From positions 32,001 to 96,000 of IMG/VR virus record IMGVR_UViG_3300029288_000066: a stretch of DNA of 64,000 bases; one strand, given 5' to 3'. The notes under the pieces were generated by a model. It ran no database searches. It saw only the letters and a list, made by a program, of their open reading frames with translations, and was not told where the DNA came from. Positions 42,449-52,342 of this stretch are shown one piece after another. How positions within the stretch are numbered: the first letter of the stretch is position 1; every line of letters starts with the position of its first letter. The position numbers and the translations under genes were made by a program. The stretch comes from a virus (taxonomy: Duplodnaviria > Caudoviricetes).

Positions 42449-43969
42449 TTAGTCTTTAACAAGTTGGAAGTCGGTGGTTCTGTAATTTTCATCACTACCG
42501 AATGAACCTGCAGCAATGGCATGCTTTGACCCATTACCCGTTACAATGATTCTGTTTTTATCAAAACCGTACATCATAATTAAATAATCGGCAACAGCCT
42601 GGGCTCTTTCTTGAGATAATGTTATATTATATGCGGCATTTCCTGTATTATCAGTGTTACCTTCGATGCGGATTCTCGCTCCAGCATTTGTTTTGGCAAT
42701 GTCAGCAAATTCCTTAGTAATTGTTGCCTTGGATTGTCCAGTTAGGGTAAATGAGTTAGTCGGGAAATTAATTACAACTTTCTTAGTTGAATATGCTGTT
42801 TTGGTCTTCATTTCGTCGGTAGCAACATCAAATTTCTTTGACACTTCTGCTAATTGTCCGTTTCCAGTGAGAGTACATGCTTTAACAAAAGTCATATCAG
42901 AAACATCTTTCCACGACAAAGGATTATCGGCTTTTTTAATTTTTTGGTATTCACCAGACATTGATGTATAGAGCATATCTCCTGTTACGGCTTTGTTGTC
43001 TCCGATGCCAAAGAAGTTTTTATTATCGCCAGCATTTGTATATCTTACGTTATCCATTGAGGCCAGAGCATCTGCTTCTGACATTTGAAATTTATCGGCG
43101 AGTATTTTAGCGGCTTTAGCTCTTGCTCCATCCTTGTCGGCATTAAGCTCGGCAGCTCCAACCATCCATCCGTCATAAAGCTTCTGCAGCTTTTCGGAAT
43201 TCTTTTTAATATATTCTTCTTTTGCAATAAAACAGTCGGCAATAATATACATAGCCTCTTTTGTGCTTGTTAATATTTTTGCACCAGTTACTTTTTTAAC
43301 ACAGTCAATATCGTCTGGAGACCAAACAACAGCTGCGGCAACTGCACCCTGTTTAAATGTACTTGCAGCATCAATAGCATTAGGAACGGCTTTTACCTGA
43401 ATATCATCAATTGTCATTTGGTTCGCTTTTAACATATTAATTAAAAACGAATGACTTGGAGTTCCTTCAGCAACGGCCACAGATTTACCTTTAAGGTCGG
43501 AGAACTTTTCTATTGATTGGTCTACAACAATGGCATCACCACCACGAGACCAGTCTGCTTGGAATAAAATTTTAGGATTAGATAAGGCCATAGTGCCCTG
43601 TCTACTCATTTCTGTCGGAAGAGCATCCACAGTACACCACAAAAGGTCTACTTCACCAGATTCAAAGGCTTTTCTTGAAGCTACGAAATCATCGAGCAAA
43701 ACAAATTGCACCTGAATACCATATTCTTTGTAATAACGGCACTCCATGTTTGGTTCAAAGCCGTTATTCATATACTGACCTGCAGCATACCCTGGCCATG
43801 TTACCACACCGATTTTAATTACTTCTCCGCTTACTGTTTTTCCAGCAAATGAGTTGATTTTGTCCTTGAAGGAGAAATACAGTACTCCAAGAACCACTAC
43901 TACTAAGACGGCAATTACAAACCCACCTCTTGTTGTTAAGCCACCAGTTTTTGTTGTTGTTGTGTTCAT
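42449..43969 (-). CDS. Membrane-anchored NMT1/TauA-like substrate-binding protein fused to OmpA-C peptidoglycan-binding domain
   Basis: TWPGY, DWSRGGDAIV, DLKGKSVAV; IEGNTDNTG..YN..LSQERAQAV..YL. Confidence 0.88.
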   Translation of the reverse strand: MNTTTTKTGGLTTRGGFVIAVLVVVVLGVLYFSFKDKINSFAGKTVSGEVIKIGVVTWPGYAAGQYMNNGFEPNMECRYYKEYGIQVQFVLLDDFVASRKAFESGEVDLLWCTVDALPTEMSRQGTMALSNPKILFQADWSRGGDAIVVDQSIEKFSDLKGKSVAVAEGTPSHSFLINMLKANQMTIDDIQVKAVPNAIDAASTFKQGAVAAAVVWSPDDIDCVKKVTGAKILTSTKEAMYIIADCFIAKEEYIKKNSEKLQKLYDGWMVGAAELNADKDGARAKAAKILADKFQMSEADALASMDNVRYTNAGDNKNFFGIGDNKAVTGDMLYTSMSGEYQKIKKADNPLSWKDVSDMTFVKACTLTGNGQLAEVSKKFDVATDEMKTKTAYSTKKVVINFPTNSFTLTGQSKATITKEFADIAKTNAGARIRIEGNTDNTGNAAYNITLSQERAQAVADYLIMMYGFDKNRIIVTGNGSKHAIAAGSFGSDENYRTTDFQLVKD

Positions 43970-44023
43970 TTTCTTAATTTTTGTTTTTAATTAAAAGTTA
44001 ATAATTTTTGTTTTTACGGTAAT

Positions 44024-44049
44024 CTATACGCAAAAAAACTTAAAAAGTT
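44024..44049 (-). promoter_or_regulatory. ECF-type promoter AAC-N16-CGTATA
   Basis: Upstream of the SBP-OmpA gene. Confidence 0.65.
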
Positions 44050-44792
44050 ACACCAAATGTCAGATAAAATTTTTCCATTTGAGGGTTAACGCACAATTGT
44101 GTCACCATTGGAAGACTGTATTGGTCATTGAATTTAATCTTATAATTATAAGCTGCGCCTACATTTACGATTCCAAACCCATCCACATTGTTCAGATAGA
44201 AATCACTTTGTCCAGTAAGCGCTCCAACATACAACTCCCAACTTTCTTTATAATACCTGGCTTCAAAATACGAAGTAAATTTTTTCTCACCAGTGTTATA
44301 TAAATCCCAACCACTATGTAATATGGTAGAGGCCGTTAGTTTTACAGGAAATCTTTTTGAACATAGCCACATTGCATCTGCCACAATATGATGAGAAACG
44401 GCTGTATCAGAATAGTTAAAATAGCTCTGAGAATTCGCAGCTCCAGATAAATCAATATAAAAATCAGTAACAGCAAACTTTAATCGGTTAAAAAATGTGT
44501 ATGATGCATACAAATCTGCTTCATAATAATTATTAAGAGTACTCAAAGAGCCTACTGTTCCAATTTCAAAATTACCAATTGTTAATCCTAAAATAGGCTG
44601 TAAATTTGGTTTGTTGTCGAGCATAGTGCCTCTCCACACGTATTGGCTTACTACACCAACATTTGCAAACGGTTCCACTTTAACTTTACAGGTATCAACT
44701 TTAGTTGAATCTGTTGTTGCGGCTGAGGATTGGTACACCAAGAATAGTGTCAGACCAACCATTAATGATATAAAAATTATAAATCTTTTCAT
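44040..44792 (-). CDS. Outer-membrane beta-barrel (porin-like)
   Basis: Signal peptide, VSQYVWRG, EADLYASY, alternating strands, terminal Phe (FGVTF). Confidence 0.7.
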   Translation of the reverse strand: MKRFIIFISLMVGLTLFLVYQSSAATTDSTKVDTCKVKVEPFANVGVVSQYVWRGTMLDNKPNLQPILGLTIGNFEIGTVGSLSTLNNYYEADLYASYTFFNRLKFAVTDFYIDLSGAANSQSYFNYSDTAVSHHIVADAMWLCSKRFPVKLTASTILHSGWDLYNTGEKKFTSYFEARYYKESWELYVGALTGQSDFYLNNVDGFGIVNVGAAYNYKIKFNDQYSLPMVTQLCVNPQMEKFYLTFGVTF

Positions 44793-44838
44793 TTTAAATC
44801 TTCTTTTAAAATATTGCATGACTTTCTTTTTTTATTAA

Positions 44839-45846
44839 TTAAAAATATTTACCTGTTGATTCGTCTTTCTTTAAGGTTTTTATCCCTTCGGCAGATTTTT
44901 TTGATACTGGTATTAACACAGGTTCTTTGTCTGAACTAAAATCACTAAAGAACGAGTCAAATCCACCATTTTCATATTCTTCCAACATTTTCATTCCATC
45001 TTCTGCAAAAATACCCTGTTCGATGTCAATGCTTGACACAAGACTTGCAGACATGTCCATAAATCTGTCCATGGTTCCAAGTTTCTGAGAAACTTCTTCT
45101 TCCATCTTATCCAAGGCCAATTCAAACATAGCCCTGTCATTAGGATTTCCGTTTAATATAGACATGCTTGCAGTTAAAGCTGCATAAGCCTGTCTAATTG
45201 TTTTGTATTCAATTTCCTTCTGTTCTACATCATCTTTCAAATCTTCAATGACGAACCCTGAAACTTCATACATTTTTTTAAGGACAGTATAAATCTTTTG
45301 AATTTTCGAAAGAAGGTCTGTCAATTTAATAGTTCCATCTTTTCTTCTGCCAGCTTTTCTCGCTTCAATCCATGCCTGACCCTTCTGTTCTTGTTCTTTT
45401 GCGCTGGAAGCAATTCTTAAACTTTTTTCGATATCGTTTTTATTATCAGATATCTTTCTTTCCAAACCACGAATTTCACCAGAAAGCCTGGCAATGTGGT
45501 CATTCATTACCACATGGTTCTTTTCCAAATTTTCAATGTGAATTTTAATTATTGCTATTGGATTAAGTTCTACGAATACACCAGTGATGTATCTCATAAA
45601 CATTTTAAATCCAAAGGAAGCAAGATTTTGCACCTTCTTGCTTGTCACAACAAAAATTAACAAAAATAAAGCTCCGAGAAGCAACAATGCATGAAGCGTG
45701 TTGGTTAGAAGAATTATGATATAAGGGAGTAACATGTACAACCCAATGGCTGCACCAATTCCCATTAACCACAAAAAGACTTTTCCCACTTTACCTTCTG
45801 GTTTTTGAAAGAAACCTTTAACTCCTTTTTCTAAGTTGTTTTCCAT
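44839..45846 (-). CDS. Two-TM protein with PspA-like coiled coil
   Basis: Two N-terminal TM helices followed by a long coiled coil. Confidence 0.55.
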   Translation of the reverse strand: MENNLEKGVKGFFQKPEGKVGKVFLWLMGIGAAIGLYMLLPYIIILLTNTLHALLLLGALFLLIFVVTSKKVQNLASFGFKMFMRYITGVFVELNPIAIIKIHIENLEKNHVVMNDHIARLSGEIRGLERKISDNKNDIEKSLRIASSAKEQEQKGQAWIEARKAGRRKDGTIKLTDLLSKIQKIYTVLKKMYEVSGFVIEDLKDDVEQKEIEYKTIRQAYAALTASMSILNGNPNDRAMFELALDKMEEEVSQKLGTMDRFMDMSASLVSSIDIEQGIFAEDGMKMLEEYENGGFDSFFSDFSSDKEPVLIPVSKKSAEGIKTLKKDESTGKYF

Positions 45847-45870
45847 TTTTTTGTTTTTAAAGTAAATAAA

Positions 45871-46578
45871 TTATTGAATATGTTGTTCGATTTTTGTTTT
45901 GTAATCAAGGATTTGAGCCTGCAATTGTGCAACCGTAACTTCAAAATCTGCCTGTTTCTGTTCAATGAAAATTTTTGAATTGGATGATTCTGTTTTTGCA
46001 ACTGCAATTTCGTCGCTGATTTTCTGAATTTCCTCCGTCAGCTTTTGAATTTGTTCGTTCTTTTCTTTTGCAGATGTAGATAGCTGCTCAACATAAGCAT
46101 CCTTTTGTTCTACCTCTTCTGAAAGTTTCCTTTGCATTTCTTTTTGGAACCCTTTTCTTTCGGATTCAATTACATTCAAATAATGGTCAATTGATTTTAC
46201 CAAATGGTCTTTAGTCATTCCATCCGAAGTGGAAAGAGTTGCAAAGACCATATTCATCTTATCTTTCTCTGCAGCTGATACGCTTGACATTTTTGTTAAA
46301 GACTGCATGAACTCCAAAAAATCGTTGCCAGGAAGATTGTTTTCCTCAATAGCAGATGACAGCTTTTCGAAAATGTCATTGTCAACGTTGCCGACCACTT
46401 GGCCAGATACTGTATTAGCTAATGGTGCAAAAGAAAGTTTTGACTTTTTAACTTCTTGCGCTGGAGCTGGAGTTTGTTTTTCTTCAGTGTTTTTCACAGA
46501 AGAGTTTTTTTCAGTAGTTTGTTCTTCTACTTCTTCGGGGGCTGCATTTACAAGACCCATTTTAGCAAAAAAATTCAT
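45871..46578 (-). CDS. Coiled-coil hypothetical protein heading the ABC/OmpA operon
   Basis: NLPGNDFLEF, long heptad C-terminus. Confidence 0.6.
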   Translation of the reverse strand: MNFFAKMGLVNAAPEEVEEQTTEKNSSVKNTEEKQTPAPAQEVKKSKLSFAPLANTVSGQVVGNVDNDIFEKLSSAIEENNLPGNDFLEFMQSLTKMSSVSAAEKDKMNMVFATLSTSDGMTKDHLVKSIDHYLNVIESERKGFQKEMQRKLSEEVEQKDAYVEQLSTSAKEKNEQIQKLTEEIQKISDEIAVAKTESSNSKIFIEQKQADFEVTVAQLQAQILDYKTKIEQHIQ

Positions 46579-46611
46579 AGTTTTTTAAATTAATTTTTTT
46601 TATTTGTTGAC

Positions 46612-46637
46612 TTATACGAGAAAAAATGAAATTTGTT
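46612..46637 (-). promoter_or_regulatory. ECF-type promoter AAC-N16-CGTATAA
   Basis: Exact spacing. Confidence 0.7.
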
Positions 46638-47559
46638 ATACATAAAGTTTGTTTCTCATAATATATTCAAAAACATCATGAGTGATAACCTTTAACAATG
46701 ACTCTTTTATTTCAACATAAGAAAGAGAAGGATAAGGTCTTGTTTCCTCTTTTAGCATTACAAACAACTTCCTTGCTTGAGTGGAAGATGCAGCAGAAAC
46801 TGAATTGCCCCCTTCGTCCTGTATATAAATGTGAGGTGGCTGCAAATACCAATTAATCCAATCGTCTCTTTTTATACCATTTCTTGGAGACACAATAAAA
46901 GGAACATCCATCTTTAACAATTCATCAGAATTATACCAATCTTTTATTGTATTTGCCCTATCAATTCCTATAACAAAAGCAAACCGATAATTGTCATATT
47001 CCTTATCGTGAATTAATTTATTCAAAAGATGATATGTCTCTCCATGCAATTGATGTTTTATTTCATAATCACACACCTTAATTCTTCCATCATTTTTGGT
47101 TGCAATTTTAAGCATTTCCAACCTATGCTCTGGGGAGACCATTTCTTTGCCATCCATATGTTGATATACTGGCATCATCCATACTTCGTCAGCCCACTTG
47201 CTTACTTTTAAAACAAGCTCAGCAAGCTCTATGTGAGCTACGGTAACTGGGTCAAAAGCGCCTCCAAGTATTGCTACCTGAGTTTTTCTCCCCCTACCTT
47301 TGTATTGAAGCATTCTGCTGTGAATCTTTGCACTATTGTCTCTAATAAGTTCTGCAAAGTCCCAACCACTTTCGTTACAAAGCTGAATTAAACTAGCAAG
47401 CAAATCACCAGTCTCTTCCTTAAGGTTGGCAAGGTTTGTATAGTTACAAAGCTCTCTACACTCGCCTGCAATATCCTCCAACCTTTTTGTCAAAGGTGTA
47501 TGAATAAAGGCTTCTGTAAATACCTTATCTACTATTTCCTGTATTTTCTTGTGGTCCAA
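46636..47559 (-). CDS. MazG-like pyrophosphatase fused to NadD-like nicotinate/nicotinamide nucleotide adenylyltransferase
   Basis: GECREL...LKEETGDLL; GGAFDPVTVAH, HRLEML, FVIGID..W, ASSTQAR. Confidence 0.82.
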   Translation of the reverse strand: MDHKKIQEIVDKVFTEAFIHTPLTKRLEDIAGECRELCNYTNLANLKEETGDLLASLIQLCNESGWDFAELIRDNSAKIHSRMLQYKGRGRKTQVAILGGAFDPVTVAHIELAELVLKVSKWADEVWMMPVYQHMDGKEMVSPEHRLEMLKIATKNDGRIKVCDYEIKHQLHGETYHLLNKLIHDKEYDNYRFAFVIGIDRANTIKDWYNSDELLKMDVPFIVSPRNGIKRDDWINWYLQPPHIYIQDEGGNSVSAASSTQARKLFVMLKEETRPYPSLSYVEIKESLLKVITHDVFEYIMRNKLYV

Positions 47560-47783
47560 CTTTATTCGCTTTCATTTAGCAACTGCTTCTTGCTTTTATA
47601 TGGAAAGAATCTTCCAATAACAATACCAAGAGCGAAAATAATAACTGCTACGAGTCCCAACATAAGCTTAAAGAGAAAAACTCCAAGCGCAAGAACATAA
47701 GAACCAATAAGGCATGCAATAACAATTAATGCGATAACTAATAAGATAATTAAATACTTGTTCATAGTAAAAATTTTTTTAGG

Positions 47784-47809
47784 TTATACGTACAAAATTA
47801 AAAAAAGTT
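47784..47809 (-). promoter_or_regulatory. ECF-type promoter GAAAC-N16-CGTATAA
   Basis: Exact spacing. Confidence 0.7.
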
Positions 47810-49042
47810 TCTTAGATTAAGAATATAAAGGTCACAATGTCCGTTATATTGTCCCTTATGTTGCTTTTTTGAAAAAGTTATCGGACATTTATAGGACATG
47901 TCCGATATTATTTTTTATCAAGAACCCATTTGCCTTTTATCCAAACTCTGTATTTTTTTAAATCATAATCATAATCCACCCACCTTTGGCAGTCATTACA
48001 AAAGTGACAATCGTGTAAGGGAGCCCAAGATGTGTTAACATGCTTACAGGGTTCTTTTTTATCTGATGTTTCCATTTTTTTTACTTATTACTGAATTACA
48101 TAGCACAAAACAATTAATGCATGGTCGTCTTCTTTATAATGTTTTTTACATCCTTCCCCTGACTTACATCCCTGGTCACAAAAATATTTATGTGTAGACA
48201 TTACATCATGAATTAAAAAATATTTAGTTTTTTTGTTAGATATCATGGCTATCTCATCGCTTAATGTGCCACGCAGTTTTATGGGCTTTACGCTCCAACA
48301 ATATAGTTTCCCATCAATTAATTGTGGGTCTTTTGTGTTTTCGTCTTGAATTGGGTTGTCTACAAATATTACTTGCATTATTATATATTTTTAATGACTA
48401 AAAATGTTAACATCCCCATTTAAATCTATTTTCAATCGCTTGTTGTCTTTAATAGATTCAAATTTATTTTCGAACTTTTCAGCGAATTTTTGCCAATTAT
48501 TTATATCATTAAATTTTTCGTTTTTCTCAAACAACTCAACCTGTCTGTTATATCCTATTTTTATTGACACCCAAGATGTGTGATATTGGTCTACGTCTTC
48601 AAATAGTTCCAGAGTATAATCAACATCTTTTAAATGCTTATCAATCCACTTGCTGAAAACAGATTTAATTCTATCGAAGAAAATCAGCATTTCAACATGA
48701 GTGCTCAATAAATATAATTCCTTGATAAATTTAGATTCCATCTCCATCATATAGTTTATCTATGTGACCACATTTTTTACATGGTATCATTATTGTTTCT
48801 GCTTTATGAACAATTGGCATTTGTTGACCTTCCTCAACACCATGAGCACGCTCTCTTTGCATCATTAACTTTAAATACGATTCTGAATAATATAAACTAC
48901 CATCAGCATATTCAATACAGTCTGCGTTCTTTCTTCCTTTGTTCTCTTTCAAATAATTTTCAACAAATTCAATCTGTACAGAATCCAATTTAATAGACTC
49001 CAACATACTTTTAAATTCTTCGGTTATCATTTTTGCTTGTTT

Positions 49043-49561
49043 TTAAATCAATTTCTTTGGCAATCCATTTATGGCCAGATGAAAATTGCTATAGGTGCTG
49101 TCCTCTGTTACTTCTCTCCCAAACCAAGCTGGGGGGACAAAGGCATCGCACTCTTCTTCGGTGTTGAATTCGACCTCAATTGAATATAGCCCTTCCAATT
49201 TGTTTTTGTAAACATCCAAGTCGGCCTTTCTCTTACTGTCATCCAAAAACACTTCATATCTATGTTTGTGAACTGTAAGATGGTCGCATAACGGCCACAA
49301 AACACCAAATTGCGGCTTCAATATTTCTATTTCAAACTCTTCTCTTTTCTTATTTCCAAATCCCTTTATTGTTTGAAAGTATCTGTCTCCAATGCTGTAC
49401 TGGTCTTGCGTCATATAAATAACCTGCCTTAACCTATACAGATAGCTGCTTCCTATGTTTTGAATGTACCCCTGAGTTGTGTCCCCATAGATATAGTGTG
49501 ACAAATCTGGCAGGTTTTCTTTGCTAAGCAAAAACTTTCTTTCAATTTCTGTATTTTTCAT
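49043..49561 (-). CDS. CYTH-domain triphosphate tunnel enzyme
   Basis: EIERKFL, QGY, EVEF, PPAWFGREVT.D..YSN..LA. Confidence 0.88.
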   Translation of the reverse strand: MKNTEIERKFLLSKENLPDLSHYIYGDTTQGYIQNIGSSYLYRLRQVIYMTQDQYSIGDRYFQTIKGFGNKKREEFEIEILKPQFGVLWPLCDHLTVHKHRYEVFLDDSKRKADLDVYKNKLEGLYSIEVEFNTEEECDAFVPPAWFGREVTEDSTYSNFHLAINGLPKKLI

Positions 49562-50093
49562 ATGCTAAAGTTTTTATCATTTCCTTTGCCTGAGTGTAGT
49601 TAAACTTAGACACATCTTCTGATATATTTAGTTTTTCGGAAATTTCTTTATGAGTATATTCTTCAATGGCATGCATATTAAAAACAAACCTGAAGCCAGG
49701 CGTTAGTCTCTTAATAATTTCCATTAACTCTACCGCAGGCACCTCGCATAAGCACTCACAATCATCTATGTTGTCTTGTAATCCTGTGGAATCTGAAACG
49801 CTGGAAAACGAAACGTGAAACTCTTTCTTTTTCCTCATGTATTCTATGGCAATATCAACCATAAATTTTTTAGCCCACTTTTCGAAGCTTTCAGAAAAAT
49901 CAAATTTGTGCAAACTGTTAAAAAGATTAATAAATGCATTTTGCAAGACAATTTCTGCTTCTTCCTTGCTTCCAATATATCTAATAAGTAAACCGAAAAA
50001 TTTTGTGCTAAATTTCGAATACAGCTCTCGCTGCGCACTCCTTTTTCCTTTCAGGCATTTTTCTATTAATAATCTTTCATCCATTGCACTCAT
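49542..50093 (-). CDS. ECF-type sigma-70 factor
   Basis: LIEKCLKGKRSAQRELY; LQNAFI; L..GFRFVFNMHAIEEYTHKEISEKLNIS (Bacteroidota ECF style). Confidence 0.88.
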   Translation of the reverse strand: MSAMDERLLIEKCLKGKRSAQRELYSKFSTKFFGLLIRYIGSKEEAEIVLQNAFINLFNSLHKFDFSESFEKWAKKFMVDIAIEYMRKKKEFHVSFSSVSDSTGLQDNIDDCECLCEVPAVELMEIIKRLTPGFRFVFNMHAIEEYTHKEISEKLNISEDVSKFNYTQAKEMIKTLAYEKYRN

Positions 50094-50119
50094 TTATACG
50101 CAAGAAAATTAAAAAAGTT
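50094..50119 (-). promoter_or_regulatory. ECF-type promoter in front of the ECF sigma gene itself
   Basis: TAAC-N16-CGTATAA immediately upstream of the ORF. Confidence 0.72.
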
Positions 50120-50505
50120 ATTTCTCTGGCAATAACATTTCTCCAAAAAGTTTTCGCAATTGCTTTTCAGTCAACCTTCTCTTTTTCTTTGGAACATATT
50201 CTTTGAAGTCATCAGACTTTCTTATCTCTTCAACATATTTCCACAAATCCTCCACGTTGGTTAAATCTACCACTTCCTCTCCCTTTTCATCAAACACAAT
50301 TCTTTTTACATCTTCCCACAACCACCAACTTATCCAATCTTCACCCGCTTCTGAATAATGAGATTTTAAAAGAATTGTTATAACATCATGCAAACCTTCT
50401 TTAAGATTTAAATCATCAAATCCAAACTTATAAAGTTTCATGCTTTTATCAGAATCTTTCTTGAGCAGCAAAATAATTTGTTGAAACGCCTCGAATGTCA
50501 TATTG

Positions 50506-51117
50506 TTAAATTTTATCGTATTTATTTCTTAACACTTGAATCACGTCCCATGCGTCTTCCACCGCAGTATGGGTTACGCCTTTTTCTATTCCAGCTCTTT
50601 TTAAACACTCATCTAAAGATGGTAACACTTCGTCTTTTCTCCAATCAACGTATAGGGTTGAGGGGTCGATTATTCTTCGACTGAAGAGCGGCGCTACCAA
50701 TTCTTTCCATCCTGGAACGTTTACCAAGAATCTTCCGTCAAAAGATGCATAGTTTTTGCCAGCAATGTTGTTTTTTTTAGAATACTTATTTTTTTCTACC
50801 AAACACACTGTTAGCCACTGCTCAAACTTTTCAGCCAATTGCCATTCTTTTATAATATTGAACTCCTTTGTCATCCTAGCTCTTTCTTCACCATCTGCTG
50901 TAGAAAAATCAGACAATATCTTTATTATTCTTTGATTCATATTTAAAGCAAAAACACTTCCAGAAAGAACTCCTCGCTCTATTATACAATTGAACTTTGG
51001 AACATCTTCGTAATTTAAAAGGCTTTCAGTGTCTTCTACAACAGCACCAAACTCTAATATTAGGTCTGTTTCTGGATTAACTCCAGTTGTTTCTAAATCT
51101 ATGCTTATTATAATCAT
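50506..51117 (-). CDS. DEDDh 3'-5' exonuclease
   Basis: SIDLETTG, GKNYASFD, THTAVEDAWD. Confidence 0.85.
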   Translation of the reverse strand: MIIISIDLETTGVNPETDLILEFGAVVEDTESLLNYEDVPKFNCIIERGVLSGSVFALNMNQRIIKILSDFSTADGEERARMTKEFNIIKEWQLAEKFEQWLTVCLVEKNKYSKKNNIAGKNYASFDGRFLVNVPGWKELVAPLFSRRIIDPSTLYVDWRKDEVLPSLDECLKRAGIEKGVTHTAVEDAWDVIQVLRNKYDKI

Positions 51118-51208
51118 AACTTTTAATTTAAAACATTTAAATGCAATAATAAGAATAAAAAACGAAACTGCAAAAAAAATCCCCACTTTTTTATGGTGGG
51201 GACTAATA

Positions 51209-51988
51209 TTAAGTTTTTTTTATGTTTATAATTGTTTTTAATCTATCCAGTTCTCTTTTGGCCACCGCAGCCTTTTCAAAATCATCATCTTCTATATATT
51301 TTTTCAATTGAATGTTTAAAATTTCTATTTTATTTTTATTCATTTGCTCGTTATTTTGATTTTTCCTGATTTTCAACCTTTCCTCTTCCGTTTTATAATA
51401 AGCTATCTCAAACAATATGCAACGAATGGCCTCATATAAAGTTATCCTAGTTGCAGCGTCAAAAAAAGAAATGAGATTCTCATCATCCATGCTTTCGCAC
51501 CCCTCATGATAATTATCCCTGTAAACTTCTACTAAATTGTTTTGCGATATTTTTATATTTTTTAATTCATTAACTGAACAAATACTTATAGGTATAAACA
51601 AATCAAACCCATCACTTGTTTTACCCATTCCCACAAATACAGGAAATAAGTCAATCGTACTTACTTTGTCAAAAGTAAGAAGCTCAAAAATCTTTGATAT
51701 TTCTAAAAAATCCAACTTAAAATCACCTTCATCGACCAAATCTTCGTCCAACATCTTTCCAAATTCTCCCAACTTCCTTCCATTTAATTCTTGACAGAAA
51801 ACAACATCAAATACATCTTTATCTCCAACAATCAACTTAAAGAAAGTACCAAATGTTACATCCTCATCAATCTCCACTTCACAAGACAAATAGTTTTTTA
51901 AACCTTTTACAGCACTAATCTTAACATCCTTGTCTACAGTTTCTTCCAGAAAGATTTTTCCGCTTTTTTTTATTTTTATTATTTTCAT
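51209..51988 (-). CDS. Hypothetical protein with C-terminal UVR domain
   Basis: LNIQLKKYIEDDDFEKAAVAKRELDRL; TATTTATA at 52005. Confidence 0.6.
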   Translation of the reverse strand: MKIIKIKKSGKIFLEETVDKDVKISAVKGLKNYLSCEVEIDEDVTFGTFFKLIVGDKDVFDVVFCQELNGRKLGEFGKMLDEDLVDEGDFKLDFLEISKIFELLTFDKVSTIDLFPVFVGMGKTSDGFDLFIPISICSVNELKNIKISQNNLVEVYRDNYHEGCESMDDENLISFFDAATRITLYEAIRCILFEIAYYKTEEERLKIRKNQNNEQMNKNKIEILNIQLKKYIEDDDFEKAAVAKRELDRLKTIINIKKT

Positions 51989-52252
51989 ATCTAGTCAGAT
52001 TTTATATAAATAACTAAACATTTTCTAAATTTAGAAAAATTTTTTTCTTTTTTCAATCATTAAATTTTGTTGTTTTGTTTTTTTTTTATATATTTACAAA
52101 TAGTTAACGTTCGTTTGTATTTTTATTGGCATATCAAATGACATGGGTTCAAATCCCATATACTCCACTAAGACATTAATTACAAAAGGGGTATGAAGGC
52201 ATTAGAATTTGATAGAGTGGGTAAAGAGAGAGTGTTAGCAAAAGCTTTAAAC

Positions 52253-52333
52253 GGCGAAAATTTTATAAAAGAAGCTATGGCTCTAGCCAAAATGAGTTAC
52301 AGCCAAGCACCTGTTAACACCCTTGCGGCGTAA
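52253..52333 (+). other. tmRNA tag reading frame (A)GENFIKEAMALAKMSYSQAPVNTLAA*
   Basis: TAAAC then GGC resume codon, C-terminal LAA degron. Confidence 0.8.
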
Positions 52334-52342
52334 ATAGGTATA

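Noticed and set aside
52143-52170. Stand-alone tRNA or attachment-site fragment
   Set aside because: No anticodon or D arm upstream; the matching 5' acceptor strand lies downstream with a tag ORF, so it is explained as permuted tmRNA.
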